Translations under genes and position numbers: made by a program
Shown here: positions 63,552 through 64,000 of the stretch, piece after piece
How the letters are laid out: every line of letters begins with the position of its first letter
How positions within the stretch are numbered: the first letter of the stretch is position 1
Notes under the pieces: generated by a model
What the model saw: the letters and a program-made list of their open reading frames with translations, nothing else
The model's database searches: none
Told to the model about the DNA's origin: nothing
NCBI GenBank assembly: GCA_030390025.1
Contig: CM059432.1
Location: forward strand, 25,236,001 to 25,300,000
DNA: 64,000 nucleotides
Direction of reading: 5' to 3'
Source of the DNA: Squalus acanthias
Lineage: Eukaryota

Positions 63552-63862
63552 TATGGTAGCTTGGTGGTTATGGTGCTGGACGAGCAACCGAGAGGTTGAG
63601 TTTAAATCCCACCATGGCAAGTTGTGATCTGGTAATTTGGGAGCTAGTACCAGAAAATAACCTTTAATGCTACCAGATTGTCATAAAACCCAACTGGTTC
63701 ACTAAAGTCCTTCAGGAAAGGGAACCTGATACCCTTACCCAGTCTGGCCTACACGGGACTCCAGTCTCACACTACGTGGTTGACTCTTAATGCCCTCAGA
63801 GCAGCTAGGGATGGACAATAAATACCGCCTTGTTAGTGCTGCCCATATCCCAAGAACAAACA
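63552..63862 (+). mobile_element. tRNA-derived SINE made of the 5' and 3' ends of the LINE at 1775-5437
   Basis: A box tagcttggtgg 63557-63567 and B-box-like gtttaaatccc. Body matches 5430-5160 (minus). Tail matches 30115-30180. Confidence 0.85.
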
Positions 63863-64000
63863 AAGATTTTTTTTAAAGCTCCTTGGGGCAGTTATAGAAA
63901 TTGTGACATTAAATTTCCATGGAGATTCTCCCAATCATCAGTCGTAAATTTGGAAATCCTGGAGAGCAGCATAAGCACCATTTACACCATTTCTCAGGAT

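Overview
Eukaryotic, repeat-saturated DNA, most likely from a cartilaginous fish (inferred from the Deu-domain SINEs and CR1 families). No host protein-coding gene could be identified. Main contents: (1) an internally deleted endogenous foamy-like (spumaretrovirus-related) provirus on the minus strand (~6080-11650), with a tRNA-Lys PBS, a foamy-type Gag N-terminal domain, RNase H and integrase, plus a related solo LTR (40971-42110) with a perfect 4-bp TSD; (2) two full-length PIF/Harbinger transposons (23914-28060, nearly intact; 40101-46452, decayed), each with convergent Myb/SANT-like and DDE transposase genes, two 893-bp deletion-derived MITEs and many other Harbinger-type MITEs; (3) an ORF1-less LINE with a tRNA-like SINE head, plus a SINE built from that LINE's two ends; (4) CR1, RTE, L2 and Vingi fragments, Deu-domain SINEs and a Penelope-type hairpin with a hammerhead-like core. 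The virus and the Harbinger family are nested inside each other in both directions. All alignments were done by eye against family sequences recalled from memory, and no database search was run.
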